64,000 bases of DNA from Octopus bimaculoides (Eukaryota): NCBI RefSeq assembly GCF_001194135.2, contig NC_069003.1:20120049-20184048 (forward strand), written 5' to 3'. Shown one piece after another: positions 37,046 to 51,399 of this stretch; within the stretch, counting starts at the first letter, position 1; every line of letters begins with the position of its first letter. The position numbers were made by a program, and so were the translations under genes. The notes below the pieces were generated by a model. It had not been told where the DNA came from, did not search any database, and saw only the letters and a list, made by a program, of their open reading frames with translations.

Positions 37046-37281
37046 TATTATAAGGATGTGGTGATCCAATATGTGTATTATAAAAAATGGTGGGGTATAC
37101 AGATTCATCTGGAATAGTTGTGTTTCTTAGCCAATTTATTAATTCCTGAGCAATTTGGTTATTGACTGTATAGTTTATAAAGTCTCGAGTTACTGCAACG
37201 TAATGTGACCCTTTAGCTAAAGTGATATTGTGTGGTACCGGTTTCTGTTTTAATGCTCTCCTCCATCTATGTATCCAACTT
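37046..37281 (-). CDS. GCNT-family exon 2 (RSWIHRWRRALKQKPVPHNITLAKGSHYVAVTRDFINY...WLRNTTIPDESVYPTIFYNTHIGSPHPYN)
   Basis: ttttctgcag acceptor, gtaagt donor; 236 nt, phase 2 in and phase 1 out. PHNIT..KGS.Y...R.F and PDE (catalytic Glu motif) are conserved GT14 motifs. Not in the ORF track. Confidence 0.92.
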
Positions 37282-39459
37282 CTGCAGAAAAGTAAATTTA
37301 AAAACCAAATTTAAGACAGAAGAGAATACATTTTAACAGTCAATCTATTGTGTAAATGGTAACATACTCACCTGTCAGGAAGGAAACATGTGTGTTCCAA
37401 GAACCCTCAATGGCTGTTTTTTTCATATTAGTGTTGGTCTCTTGAAGGTCATTCACAGGGTCCCAAAAGATCCAAAGCAGATGAGACCCTTCAGCTCTTT
37501 AGTTGTTCATCTGAGAGAAGGTAACTCCTGCAATTTGATAACCTACTGGGCTCATGATACTTGCTATACCAGAACAAAATAAGTTTGAAGCATGAAAGAG
37601 TAGCACTGGCTCTGCACAAACCATGCCCATTATAATAATAAGCCCCTGCAGCCTTGTGAGCATTTTACATCAGCTAAAGGATTAAACCTCCACAGAAAAT
37701 CCAAATTGGGTCATCCCAAAGGCAGATGTGTACCGTTGTACTTAACCAGTATCAGGCATTCCCTGTTACCCTATGTATGCTACAAACATATTAATTTGTT
37801 TTTCCTTTGTAATATATTTACGAGTGAAGAGGTGGTAAGTATACTTAGGGTTAGACATTTGCTTCTGGGAACAGGCCAGGTATGGTACATGGGGATGTTT
37901 AATGAGTACACTGGGGATATTTAACATGTGAGAACGATAAATCACTGCTCCGAAATTTATCCCAAAACATCGGAAATAAAGACATCGCATGGAGCCAAAA
38001 ATAGCTGACAAAGGGTTGGACTATATCCGAGTAAGTAATACTCATTGAAATTTATTTCTATTTTTCCAAATAAAATGATGTATTTTAACTGGATATCATC
38101 TCCACTGCTCGCACAGCACATGTAAACACGCTTAGTACATCAACACCAGACCATCTCCGGCCCCAAACACCATGTACAAAAAAATTACAAATAGATTAAA
38201 TAATGCCAGTATTATTCCACCCAAGAATAACAACTGGGAAGTGCGTACTTTAAACTTGTTACGCAAAAAGTACGAAGAGCTGCACATGCAAAACAATCTG
38301 ACAACAGAAATGAACGGACTGGTACCCTACGAAAATGATGACTGTCAAAATAAAGGGCTGGACGTTGTTCTTTATGTCCTGCAAATAAAACCAAAACGGC
38401 ATAAATGGACACATGAGGAACACATTTCGATCCTACACGCTTACTTTACAGCAGTGCTCTACCTAAAGAACGAAAACTCAACAACACATACATATAAAAT
38501 ATGGAAGAAAAATAACCTAAATAACATATTTATTCTATGTACTTCTCAAGATTTTTACTCACTGTTCCCAGGGTTCTGACAATTATTGGTACTACTACCT
38601 TTTTCAGCGACCACAACTGCTTAACCTCCCAAGCTAACCTGCTATATCTATCGACTTTTCTTTCTTTCTTATCACATACCTTGTTGTCAGCTGGGCATGC
38701 TATACCTATGATCCAGCATCATTTGCTTTCTTTCTCAATTAAGACTATGTCTGGTTTCCTTTTCTCTATCTCATGGTCGCACTGAATCATAAAATCCCAT
38801 AGGATCTTTGCATTATCATTTTCAATGATGCCTTCAGGTTTATGTTCATACCACTTTTTTGCTCTGTCAAGTCCATACATACAACAGATTAGACTATTGG
38901 AAAAGAAAAGAATCCTAACATCGGGCTACAACAAGTTGCCTTAGATGCCAAGAACCCTCCTAAGTATCCAAACTGTCTCTAATAACACTGTTTTCTGCAG
39001 CTGTACTAAACTGGGTGGTATGCCTGTTTCCTCTATCCATCAGTTCAAATCTTTAGGGATAGTTCCTAATTCACCTATAACTACTGGAATACATTTTACC
39101 TGCACTTTCCATAGTCTCTGTAATTCAATGGCTAGGTCCTGGTACTTTGCTATTTTTTCTATACCTTTTGTATTGATTTTTTCATCATTTGGGACTGTAA
39201 ATTATCTGGCACTTTCTGTTCTCTTTATCTACTACTACTAAATCAGCTTCTATCACTCTATCAGTTTGAATGTTAAGGTCCCACAATATCTTATATTTCT
39301 TACTTTCTAGTACTTTACTAGGTTACTATTATTATTGTTATTATTATTATAGACGCCGCACATTATACATATCGTGAGGTTGTTTGATTGCAGATATTGT
39401 GTCTACTGGAGGTTTGTACTGTTTGTCATGTCACAACAAGGATCTCAGATAGACAGTAT

Positions 39460-40200
39460 TCTACACAATATGCGTGCAGATCCAAGTAATGCCAACTTTT
39501 ACAATACACCTAGATTGTAGAGTATTTCTAAAGTTTTCAGATGTTTTTTTCAGATTGGGTGGTATTGAACCCAATGCTTTGATGACAATAAGGATAACCT
39601 TTATGTTTGACTCTTGTAGCTGCCACATCTTAGTGATCTCAATTCTCAGGTCTCCATATTTATCAACCTTTTCTCTTTCTTTCATGATGATATGTTGATC
39701 TCCTGGCACTGTCATGTCAATTATTAGGCACTCTTGTTTGTCCCTCCTAAAGGTTACTATATCTGGCCTTTGGTGCTCTAATATCTTGTCTGTCTGGAAG
39801 TCAAAGTCCCAGAGGATTTTTGCCTTCCCCTTTTCGTCCATTACCTTTTCTGGTGCATGTTGGTACCAAGCACTCGTTACCTCATATCTATATCTATGGC
39901 ACAGTAGCCAGTGGAGGTTTTGGGCTACCTTGTCATGTCTGTGCAAGACTTTCACAAGAACTAACAATGTGAGTCACACTTTTGACCCTCTTCCCACACA
40001 TTCTGCAGAGGTCTTTTGCACTTATGTGGTATATATTATTTTTCACTGAGTTGGTATTCAATGCCTGGTCCTGGGCAGCGATGATTAGGCTTTCAGCATT
40101 CTTTCTTAGGTCACCTTTATTAAGCCACCTCCATGATGCTTCCTGGTCTTTTAATTTGTTGGTTTCACAGTGGAACTTTCCATGTAATTCCATGCAGAGT
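39460..40200 (-). mobile_element. 3' end of an RLE-type (R4/NeSL-like) non-LTR retrotransposon
   Basis: CRMCGKRVKSVTHIVSSC (CCHC), RHDKVA, RPDIV, IIDMTVP, EKVDKY restriction-like endonuclease motifs; (AAC)n upstream. Confidence 0.85.
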
Positions 40201-40239
40201 AGGGTCTCTTCTCTCTTGCTGGCTGTTCTTGATCAGGAT

Positions 40240-40287
<48 letters not shown>

Positions 40288-41196
40288 GCTGTTGCTGTTG
40301 TTGTTGTTGTTCTTGTTGTTGTTTTTGTTATTATTATTATTCAGTAGTTTTATTTTTATAGCATGCTTTCACTTCACTACCGAGCGCAGCTCTGTGTGCC
40401 TTGGGTATGTGCTGTGGTTTGCTGTGGTGCTCTTATGGTTACTGTATTGAAAGTGTTTTGCATAGGATGTGTGCAGTGCCCAGTAGTGCAATTTTCTGTA
40501 TGTTATATATATTTGTAAGTCCTGGTGTTTTTGTTATGTATTTGTCTGAATATTTTTTAATCATACCTAATGTGCCCACGATGATAGGAATTGTTTCTGT
40601 TTTTAGATTCCACATTTGAATTACCTCTATTTNNNNNNNNNNNNNNNNNNNNNNNNNNNNNNNNNNNNNNNNNNNNNNNNNNNNNNNNNNNNNNNNNNNN
40701 NNNNNNNNNNNNNNNNNNNNNNNNNNNNNNNNNNNNNNNNNNNNNNNNNNNNNNNNNNNNNNNNNNNNNNNNNNNNNNNNNNNNNNNNNNNNNNNNNNNN
40801 NNNNNNNNNNNNNNNNNNNNNNNNNNNNNNNNNNNNNNNNNNNNNNNNNNNNNNNNNNNNNNNNNNNNNNNNNNNNNNNNNNNNNNNNNNNNNNNNNNNN
40901 NNNNNNNNNNNNNNNNNNNNNNNNNNNNNNNNNNNNNNNNNNNNNNNNNNNNNNNNNNNNNNNNNNNNNNNNNNNNNNNNNNNNNNNNNNNNNNNNNNNN
41001 NNNNNNNNNNNNNNNNNNNNNNNNNNNNNNNNNNNNNNNNNNNNNNNNNNNNNNNNNNNNNNNNNNNNNNNNNNNNNNNNNNNGCTGGAGAGAGTGAGCT
41101 AATGTGCAGCATGAATATTTGATCACTATAAACAAATCATCTGTGCTGGTTGTTAGGCAAAAGCTGAATACTCATACATTGCCTTCAATGGGAGAG

Positions 41197-41258
<62 letters not shown>

Positions 41259-41269
41259 TATTATTAATT

Positions 41270-41470
41270 CAAAGTTGGTAAGCTGGCAAAATCGTTAGCC
41301 TGCTGGGCAAAAAGCTTAGCGGTATTTCATCTGTCGCTATGTTCTGAGTTCAAATTCTGCCTTTCATCCTTTCAGGGTCAATAAATTAGTACCAGTGAAA
41401 CACTGGGGTTGATGTAATTGACTAGTCCCCTCCAACAAAATTTCAAGCCTTGTGCCTTTAGTAGAAAGGA
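41270..41470 (+). mobile_element. Second abundant tRNA-derived SINE family (representative; copies at about 690-850, 2310-2490, 6170-6390, 6675-6850, 25190-25390, 51180-51400 on -)
   Basis: gagctggcagaatcgttagc...ttctgagttcaaattc...gcctttcatcctttc...aagtaccagt, seen many times. Confidence 0.75.
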
Positions 41471-42099
41471 TCATTATTATTTCATCTATGCGCAACAGAT
41501 TAAACTGTTGGAAAAAATTCATAACATTGGGCTGTAACAAGTAACCTCAAATGCCAAGAACCTTCCTAAGTATCCTAGCTGTCCCTTATAATACTGTTTT
41601 CTGGAGCTACACTAAACTAGGTTGTTGTTGTTGTTGTTTACATTGTTGTTACTTTGTCTTAAATGAGCTGCTCCAAGTCTCATCCAGGGACCTCATGTCT
41701 GACATTTTAATTATGATTAGCAATGAAATATTGTAGAGGAAGGAGATCAAACACTGAGAAGTAAGATACTGTTAAATTTATATTTATATTTCAATTTTGA
41801 AATAGTTTAAAGAGAATCAGGTATTTTCAGGTTGACAGTGTTTCTCTTAGAATGTGGGCATTACCTATGAGAACAAATTTTTATTGTTATTTTAGTGTGT
41901 CCTGGTACTTGGTGTTTAAACATGTCATTTGGTATTATCCCCAAAAGAATCTGATGATCACAAGTACAGTTGTCATTTTTAAGTGCCACATTTTTGAAAC
42001 CTCTATTTGAAGGTCCTTATATTTACTTAACTTTTCAAATGTTTTTCCAGAAGTGTTGCAGTCTGCTGGAGTTGACGTATCTATGAGCAAATATGTTTG

Positions 42100-43900
42100 T
42101 TCCATAAATGGTCTATTTAGGTTTATTGGCCTGAATAACTCAATCAGTTTGAATAGTAATGTAGTATTTTTATTTTCTACTACTTAGGCAGGCTTATGTT
42201 CCCACCAGTTCTTCCCATACAGGAGTCTAAACTTGTACCATTGATTCAGTGCAAATGGGAATTAATATATCTATTCGAGACTAACATAGAGCATTCAGAA
42301 ATGAGGTGGCTGCATAACAAAAGTGGCTGGTTGGATCAGCACTATTTTCAAGAATGTTGGCTCGGTAGTTTCAGGTGAGCAGAAACTGATCCTGAGCTAT
42401 TATAATGAAGCCCTCTATTTCTGATTTAACCCATGAGCGTTTAAATCAGCCAAATCTAGTCCAAATATTCTATTTGTTTAATTTGAAGCTGGGCAGATCT
42501 AACTTCTTACACCTACTCAACAATGTTAATCTAAACATAAACAATCATATCCTCAAAATCTTGAAGCTACAAGATAATACATGATTAATTTTAAAAAATA
42601 TGAATAAATAAACATTACATTTGACAAAGTAATCAGAAATGTGAAAGAGTTAAGTCCAGATGCAGCCAACCACTGATGGGTCATACTTGTACCAACATCA
42701 GGATCAGTGGCCCTTGTGGAGCATTTATTATGTAATGCCTTACTTTTCCATCCATTGTGCAATTCTGAGATTCCATTTGATTTGGCTTGTACTTTTATTT
42801 GTTTTGACAGAACAACAGATTGTAGTTTATCTTTTATTCCTATATTTCAAGGATGATACACCTTCAACAGGAGAAAATGGAGAATGGATATTGAGTTTGC
42901 ATCTTTTGTTGAAAAGTAAAGGAAGAAGGTGGGTTTCATGACATGCACAGAATGGTACTATTATGATAATCAATCTGCTTTGTATAAAACTTATCTCTTG
43001 TTGATAATCGCTGGCTTCAGTTTATTAATGACATGGGCTTTTTTGATCCTCAAACTGCCGATGTTAGGCTTTGTTTTTATACATTACATAAGCCCTTGAA
43101 TATATGTCAATATTATTGATAGAACATTTGGCTAGTGTGCACGCCATGTTGCACTCTGCAGGTCGAATTTACAGTTAGGAATTTCCTCAAGGAAGAACTG
43201 GAGTGCATCATCTGAATGTTTAATTCCTCTCTATCTCTACGAATTGCTCATTGGATTGCAGGAGTGATTTTATCATTGAAATATGGCAGTCTCAAGAAGC
43301 ATATGCCTTCTTTGGATATGTGGAAATTATACAGGTCTCCTGGTGTTTGGTGGAAGATGGCAGTGGGTAGCCATTATTTGCTAGAATGCATAGGAATTAT
43401 ATGGTGCTGAAGTTTTATCTGTTGCCATACTGCACTTTTGCAAATCTGGAAAATTTGGTTTTGTATGTAAGTACATTATCATCATTGAACTGTACACCCC
43501 TTTGTCCATCAAAAGCCTGCCATATGATTGCATCAAGGATAACATTGAACAGGAGAGTGGAGGAGACCACCAGCTAACTCCTCAGAGAGGTTATCTCTGA
43601 TCTGGACCTGGCTAGTTGAACCGACATAAGTCAAATGTAGGAACAAAATGATCTTCTGTGGCACTTGCTCAATTTCCAACGATCTTCATGAGGTGGTCCA
43701 GTCAATGTAGTCGAAGGTGGACTTGATGATGATGAATACAACCCATGCACTGGAGAATCCAGTGCAGCACACCAAAGAAGACATGGGTAAAATAAATTGA
43801 GGAAAACCTGCAGTCACAGTGTCTTGATCTCAAGCATGCTAAGGCCAGCACCATGGACTGGAAAACATGGATAACATCATCACCAGAGTCCATCATCCAG
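42100..43900 (-). mobile_element. Highly decayed RLE-type LINE fragments
   Basis: KSKALH...THQWLAASGL and other scattered RT-region remnants. Confidence 0.5.
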
Positions 43901-43966
43901 CAGTACCTACAGCAGTGGATTGGTTGAGAGGACAGCCTTCCTTTTCTAGTTGCCAGCTAGGGATTT

Positions 43967-44051
<85 letters not shown>

Positions 44052-44118
44052 GCTGCTGCTGCTGCGGCTGCTGCCACTGTTGCTGCTGCTACTACTACTA
44101 CTACTACTACTACTAGTG

Positions 44119-44166
<48 letters not shown>
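43967..44166. repeat. Compound trinucleotide microsatellite (TAC)n(TGC)n(TAC)n(CAT)n
   Basis: Directly visible; lies in GCNT intron 1. Confidence 0.95.
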
Positions 44167-44167
<1 letters not shown>

Positions 44168-44611
44168 TATTTTTCGGCAGAGTATGTCCAAATGCCCTAA
44201 CTGTGACTAACCCATCCACCTATTTCCAAGTGAAGTAATAATCTCTGAGTCTACTGAATGACAAACAGCCTGGACATTGTTTATATGGAGAACTGGAAAT
44301 AAATGACACTGTGTGAATGAACACATTATTTACAAAGATTGCATAACATGTCAAAACATGTCAAAAGTCTGAATGTGTTCTTGCAGTGGACCGCAAACAA
44401 ACGACACTATTAATGAAATCATTCTTCAAATTAATTATATATTGTATGTGTTGTATGTATTAAAATGTCACAAATGTGAAGAAAAAGAAATAAGAAATGA
44501 TCAAATTATTGAATGTGAAATTTAGATATTTTCAAATAATAAATTTTAAACAGTAGGAAAGCAAATAAGTTTGATTGAAAGTAAATTAAGAAAAAGCAAT
44601 TTGATTCATAC

Positions 44612-45342
44612 CTGAAGTCAAGGTCGACAATATTTTCGCCATTAAGTCCTCGAAGAAACCTGATTATCTGAAGATTAGTTTTTAAAGGGAAGTCCATTCC
44701 ACAGAGATTAATGTAATAACGCCATGATGAAAAGCGCAACAAATCTCTCATCACTACCAGATCTGCTTCAACAAGACTAAAATCACCCCACTTTATATTA
44801 AATCTTTTACTGCTTAGAAACACATTTGGGAAGCATTCAGTAATTGATTTGACAACATGGTAGTCATGAATGGCAGCTTTTTGGTCCAGATGGATGACAT
44901 ATATGTTCTGTGGACGGTATATTGCTCTTAGAAGTTGTTCCATTTGTGTGACTTGATTATAAAAGAATATTCCATAGGCAATTGGGAACGATTCCTCTTC
45001 TATTGTCATACTGTTCATGAAGTATCCTCTTTCAGTTATAAACCTTGAGCAGTTTGCTGACAGCTTCAACAAGTCTTGTGCAGGATGTGGATATTTCTTT
45101 GCTTCCTTCTCTAATTCAGGTGATGTTCGAAAATCGTTATCATAAATCTTGGCACAGTTAAAAGAATCAACTTTGCGATTTGATAGTGTCATGAAAGTTT
45201 TCCTTACAAATTCTGATTTTAACATTGGTATTGACTTTCTTTTCCTGCTAGTAAACATTATTACTATCATAATAAGGATGAATAAAATTACAAGTGTTGA
45301 ATTAAATTTTCTTATTGAAGACACTTTTCTCCGAAAGTTCAT
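44612..45342 (-). CDS. GCNT-family (GT14, core-2/I-branching beta-1,6-N-acetylglucosaminyltransferase-like) first coding exon
   Basis: Type II membrane N-terminus, then FPIAYGI, LLRAIYRPQNIYVIHLDQK, ECFPNVFLSSK, KWGDFSLVEADL, WRYYINLCGMDFPLKTN. Donor AG|gtatga at 44611 (phase 2). Ortholog subtype cannot be assigned by eye. Confidence 0.93.
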
Positions 45343-46504
45343 CTTTTTTACAGTTTGCTCACTGATATCTTTTTAAGGAATTATTCCAATTTTCATCTAT
45401 ACTTCTTGTATTATATTTTTTCTTCTCTATTTTTTGAAGAAGAATCTGGTGAATCAGACAAAAATGTACAGTAGAATACTCTTTGTGTTCACTGGACCTC
45501 ACACTGTTAGACTTATTATTATGGGAATACTTAAAAGAGAGGATTTACAGTACAAATCCAGCAACAGCCAATGAACTGAGGACAGCCTTTGAACGATTAA
45601 ATATAAATTTGTCATAACTATGAGAAATTAACATTTCTTATTCTTACAGCAGACAGCATGTATACTACCAAAAGCAAACTAGGCAAAAATAAAATATCCC
45701 ACTGTTTCTGTTATGCGTATTAGGAAAGAGCTTTTAAAAATATGTTAAAGATTATCATTTCCTTTTCTCTTTCTTCGCTTCTTTATTTATTCTTTTCCTT
45801 TACATTTATTTTATTTTATTTTATTTTATTTTTGTATTTTGACATAAGGAATTGATAAAAAATAGATAAATATTTTTTATGAAAGTAAGCAGAAGTTCTC
45901 ATCCTTTCTTCATGCTTTTAGTCATCTGTGATTGGTGTTTTGTACTGGAAAAATAATCAATAAGATTTTTTGGTACGATTTACAGCCATCTGCCAATCAT
46001 TGAGAATCACTTCAGAACTGACTATTGTATTTGTTTTGTTCAATTTGTCATGTTTATAATGGGATTATATATACACATAAAGTATATCATGTCGGTAGAT
46101 AAGATAAAACTCCAACTGTTTCCTCTTAAAGTTCATCTGCTTATTCCAGTCTTACAATCCAGTATGTATAAGTAGTGTGTTGCTATATTGATGTGAGTTA
46201 TATATCAGAGTTGAAAATTCTGGAAATATAGTTTGCAGAGTTATTGTACAACAAAACAGGAGGTTGCAAAATTTTTTGGTATTATTTATTCACCATTACA
46301 CATGTTGCATTTTCTAACAGGAATTAGAGCTTTACATGTTAGATGGACATGTAAGGAATTTCCTATAGGAAATTCTTCAGTCAGAGAATTAAAACGATAC
46401 AAATTTTACATCTGGATGAAACGTTTGTAATCAGGAGTGGTATAAGTAGTTGGGGTGAAAGAAGAAAGAGCAAATCAAACATTACAGAACCTACATGTGT
46501 ATGA

Positions 46505-46543
<39 letters not shown>

Positions 46544-46899
46544 ATTTACCAGACACAGTACATGTCTTTAAGTGCTATGGATAGTTTCATGTGTTGAGAA
46601 ATATCTCAAACATATTCATCAGGCACAAACCATGTGTCATAACGAACTAAAAAATTGAATAAGGGAAGAAATGCGAAAAAACAAAGAATGTAGCATATAG
46701 AAAACGTGAAAACAATGGAAAACGAAAAACAGAAAACAAAAACACAAAAACTAAAATGTAAAAAGTAAAAAGTAAAACGATAAAAGAGTTATCCTCCTTA
46801 GACTTTAAATTATAAGGCTGGAAAAGATATTAACAAGTTAATCAGGAATAGGCAGAATCTTCCAGTTCTTCAAGATATATTTATTCTTATACTTGCAAC

Positions 46900-48130
46900 T
46901 GCTGAAAATACATAATACCCACCTCTGTCTGCTATAAATCTACTGACTCCCACTCCTACCTCCACTATTCTTCCTCTCCCACCAAACACATTAAATCTGC
47001 CACACCTTTCTCTCAATTTCTTTGTCTTCAGCAACCTTGCAGCATTGATTCAGATTTCGAATCCCATTGCAAAACGATGTGATAGTTTTTTTCTAAATCA
47101 AAGGTATCCTCCATCAGTTGTCGACCCGTCACTCCAACAAACCCAAGCCATCAACTACACCACAGCTCTCCTACTACCTTCATGCACTTCCACCAACCGT
47201 ATTCCACTCTCTCCCACCTACCATCCATCCATCCTCCCTCTTAAGCACAAACTCACCCACAACTTTTGTATTCTTCTTTCTGACCCAACAACTGCCCCTA
47301 TCTTTTCCACACTACCTCTCCTGTCTTTTAAAAAAGATGGGAGTCTTAGAAATTTCCTTGTTAGAAGCTTCACAGCTCCTAGTTCTGCACAACCAGGAAC
47401 CTTTAAATGTTCTCACTGACGATGTTACACATGTCTCCACATCAACAATATTACCACCATCACGGGGCCCAAAAAGCAATATCCCTACAACACACCACTT
47501 CTGTTGCACTTTGGCGAATCTCATATATTGCATTATATGCAAACTCTGCGGTGCTCTTTACATTGGAGAAACAGGGTGAAGCCTTGGGGATCGTTTTCAC
47601 GAACACATAGGAAGCATAACGATACATATGCCAGGCCAACATGTCGCCACCCACTTCAATACTGTGAATCATTCTATTGCAGATTTATCAGTGTGTGGCA
47701 TGGCCTTGCACCACAGAACCCCACCTCTCAAGGAAATGCAAGGAGCAATGTCTCATATTTGATTTTGGCATTATGTCCCCAACAGGTATGAACGAACATT
47801 TTTTTTTTCTTTCATCCTTTCACCTCCTTTTAATTCTTTTTTACCCTTTTTAATCTTCCTTCCACCCTCTCTCTCTGCAACATCCCCGTATTTACTTATT
47901 TACTCTCTTCTCTCCATCACCCTTTTCCTTCTCCTTTCTGCATGCTCTCTCCTATAACTTCTGTTTCACGTTAGCAGCCTATGTTATTCTGCGTCCATTA
48001 TCAGTTGTAGCCAGTTTTTCAAGCTGAAAGGATGTAAACTCTGACTTTTTTCTCGTTTTCTTCTCTTTTTCTCTGCCCCCAACGAAGGATTGAATATGAA
48101 ATGTTGGATATTCCAATCCTCATGGGAAGT
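46900..48130 (+). mobile_element. Decayed Penelope-like element 3' part with GIY-YIG domain
   Basis: LSFKKDGSLRNFLVRS...ANLIYCIICKLCGALYIGETG*SLGDRFHEH. Confidence 0.82.
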
Positions 48131-49884
48131 TCACTGTACCCCTTTCACTTTATATATATGTATATATATATATATATATATNNNNNNNNNNNNNNNNNNN
48201 NNNNNNNNNNNNNNNNNNNNNNNNNNNNNNNNNNNNNNNNNNNNNNNNNNNNNNNNNNNNNNNNNNNNNNNNNNNNNNNNNNNNNNNNNNNNNNNNNNNN
48301 NNNNNNNNNNNNNNNNNNNNNNNNNNNNNNNNNNNNNNNNNNNNNNNNNNNNNNNNNNNNNNNNNNNNNNNNNNNNNNNNNNNNNNNNNNNNNNNNNNNN
48401 NNNNNNNNNNNNNNNNNNNNNNNNNNNNNNNNNNNNNNNNNNNNNNNNNNNNNNNNNNNNNNNNNNNNNNNNNNNNNNNNNNNNNNNNNNNNNNNNNNNN
48501 NNNNNNNNNNNNNNNNNNNNNNNNNNNNNNNNNNNNNNNNNNNNNNNNNNNNNNNNNNNNNNNNNNNNNNNNNNNNNNNNNNNNNNNNNNNNNNNNNNNN
48601 NNNNNNNNNNNNNNNNNNNNNNNNNNNNNNNNNNNNNNNNNNNNNNNNNNNNNNNNNNNNNNNNNNNNNNNNNNNNNNNNNNNNNNNNNNNNNNNNNNNN
48701 NNNNNNNNNNNNNNNNNNNNNNNNNNNNNNNNNNNNNNNNNNNNNNNNNNNNNNNNNNNNNNNNNNNNNNNNNNNNNNNNNNNNNNNNNNNNNNNNNNNN
48801 NNNNNNNNNNNNNNNNNNNNNNNNNNNNNNNNNNNNNNNNNNNNNNNNNNNNNNNNNNNNNNNNNNNNNNNNNNNNNNNNNNNNNNNNNNNNNNNNNNNN
48901 NNNNNNNNNNNNNNNNNNNNNAGGGATCAAAGTGTACATACGCCACTATATATATATATAATAAAAAATGGGACAAGAACGCAAAAAGGTGATACAAGAA
49001 AGGGACAACAAAACATCCAGATAGACAATACAAGGAAAACAAGGACGGGTCATTCGGAGTTTTCTTTCCTCAGTCGAGTTCCAGATTATCTTTGCAATTT
49101 CGGCTGGTTATACTCGAGATTGCTCCAATCTGGCCAGCCCCAAGGAAAAACAAAGCTAAGAGCATCAGATTCCTTGGAAGCAAGCAGTAAATGTATACAA
49201 AAACAAGGACGGAAAAAAACAATGTTACACAAATGCAATAAAAATAATTACAGGACATAACAAGAGGTGTCTTTCGGCTAAGAACGAATTAAATTAAGCT
49301 GGCATGTGTGGAAATAAAGCCTTACAGCAGGGATACAAGATTTCATAGGCACAGGGAGGAATATCGATGTTGCGCGCACAGCGACCAGCCAAGAAAGAAA
49401 GATCAGGCTTGGCTGAACGCCGGTCACGTAGGAAGAGAAGAGAGAGCAGTAGAGGCAGCGGGACAAAAGAATTAATGAGGGGCGAGAAAAAATGACAGGG
49501 ACACAGTGAAGTGAAAAGTGGAGGGAAAGTCAGCAAGAAGAGAAGGCAAGGAAATGTGAGAGAGGGGGAACGAAAGAACGAAGAGTGGACTGAACGAATA
49601 AGAGTGAAAGGGCTGATAGACAGAAATAGAGTTGTACATGATTTAGAAAAATGTATACTTACATATAAGAGATCAAAGTGTACATACGCNNNNNNNNNNC
49701 CAGACAGTTAGGTGATACAAGAAAGGGACAACAAAACATCCAGATGGACGATACAAAGAAAACAAGGACAGGTCATTCGGAGTTTTCTTTCATCAGTCGA
49801 GTTCCAGATTATCTTTGCAATTTCTGTTGGTTATACACGAGATTGCTCCAATATATAATACATACAGAAACACATATGTATATA

Positions 49885-51108
49885 CGAGGGGCACCCAAAA
49901 GTAACCAGAAATGTTCTCTGTGTGAAAGCCTGTTGTAGTTCAGGCTTCTGCTTCTAGAAGTCACTTGACATGACCCTCAGGCATCAGTCTGCCAACTGAT
50001 ATTGTGCAGTGGAGTCATACTGCCATGTGATGCATTTTTGTTTTGCAGTGGTTCTCTTCTGCTCCATGAAATTCTGTTTTCTACTGGGGAATACGGTGGC
50101 TGAAATAGTTTTCATGCTTCAAGGATGCTGCTATGAGCAAAACAGAAGTTTACAGGTGGTTTTCACACTTTAGGAACTGTCACTTCTCACTTAAAGACCA
50201 ACTTTGTTCAAGGTGACCATCGACTTCCCGAACAAATAAAAACGCCATGAAAATCCATGAATTGATCTTGAAGGACCATTGCTGAACAATTGACGAACTT
50301 GTTGATAAGACTGGTCTCCTGGAGCTCCTATTAAAGAATTTTGAGTGAGGAATTGCAAACGAAAAGTGTTACAGCAAAATTTGTGCCTCACTTGCTCACG
50401 GAAGATCAATAACATTTATGACTGAATGTATCAGGAACTGAAAGAACAGTTGGAAGTTGATCCGAACCTTTTTCTGAAGGTCATCACTGTTGACAAAAGC
50501 TGGTGTAACAGGTGTGACCCGGAGATGAAGCAGTAATCAAGTCAATGGAAGCTTTCAATGTCACCCCACCGAGAAAAATCATTCTAAGTGAAGTCCAATG
50601 TCAAGACAATGCTGATCTGTGTCATTGATGCGAAAGGAATCGTCCACAAAAAATTTGTTCCTCGTGGTCAAACTGCAAACCAGACATTTTACTTAGCAAT
50701 TCTGAAGCATTTATGAGGTGTGGTGAGATGAAAACGCCCTGACCTGTGGCAAAGTGGAGAGTGATGGTTTCATCATGACAATGCACCTGCGCACACTGCC
50801 TTCAGTATGAGACAATTTTTGCCAAAAATGGCATGACCCTGCTTACCCAGCCTCCCTATTCACCTGATCTTGCTCCCTGCGACATTTTTTTTGTTCTCCT
50901 GAATGAAAGAAGTTCTTAAAGGCAAACGTTTTGTAGAGTTGAAGAAAATAACAGCAGAGGTGTTAAAAGTATCACTTCACAAGAATTTCAGAACTGCTTT
51001 GAGCAGGAGGAAAATGCTTCAAGTAGAGAATACTTTGAAGGGGAACATGTAAAACTAAGTGAATAATTTAATATTGCAAAATTCTAGTTTCTTTTGGGTA
51101 CCCTTTCA
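49885..51108 (+). mobile_element. Full-length decayed mariner
   Basis: TA|cgaggggcacccaaaag...cttttgggtaccctttca|TA; FVPHLL, HHDNAPAH and PPYSPDLAPCD motifs. Confidence 0.88.
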
Positions 51109-51399
51109 TATATGTATGCACATATGACTATATCTATTTATCTATCTATCTAACTATCTATCTTATTTCTTTATTGCCCATGAGGGGCTAAATATAGAGG
51201 GGACAAACAAGGACAGACAAACAGATTAAGTCGATTACATCGACCCCAGTGCGTAACTGGTACTTAATTTATTGACCCCCAAAAGGATGAAAAGCAAAGT
51301 CGACCTCAGCGGAATTTGAACTCAGAACGTAGTGGCAGACGAAATACTGCTAAGCACTTTGCCCGGTGTGCTAACATTTCTGCCAGCTCGCCGCCTAGA

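Noticed and set aside
37998-38036. Plus-strand ATG...MEPKIADKGLDYIR followed by gtaagt, a possible first exon of a nested gene
   Set aside because: No downstream partner exon or homology found; short motifs like this occur by chance.
48922-49850. Two similar about 200-bp blocks (48922-49130 and 49670-49850) with CTGAGGA..GAAAC on the - strand
   Set aside because: They look like copies of a dispersed repeat separated by gaps. The hammerhead-like words lack stem II and proper stem I pairing.
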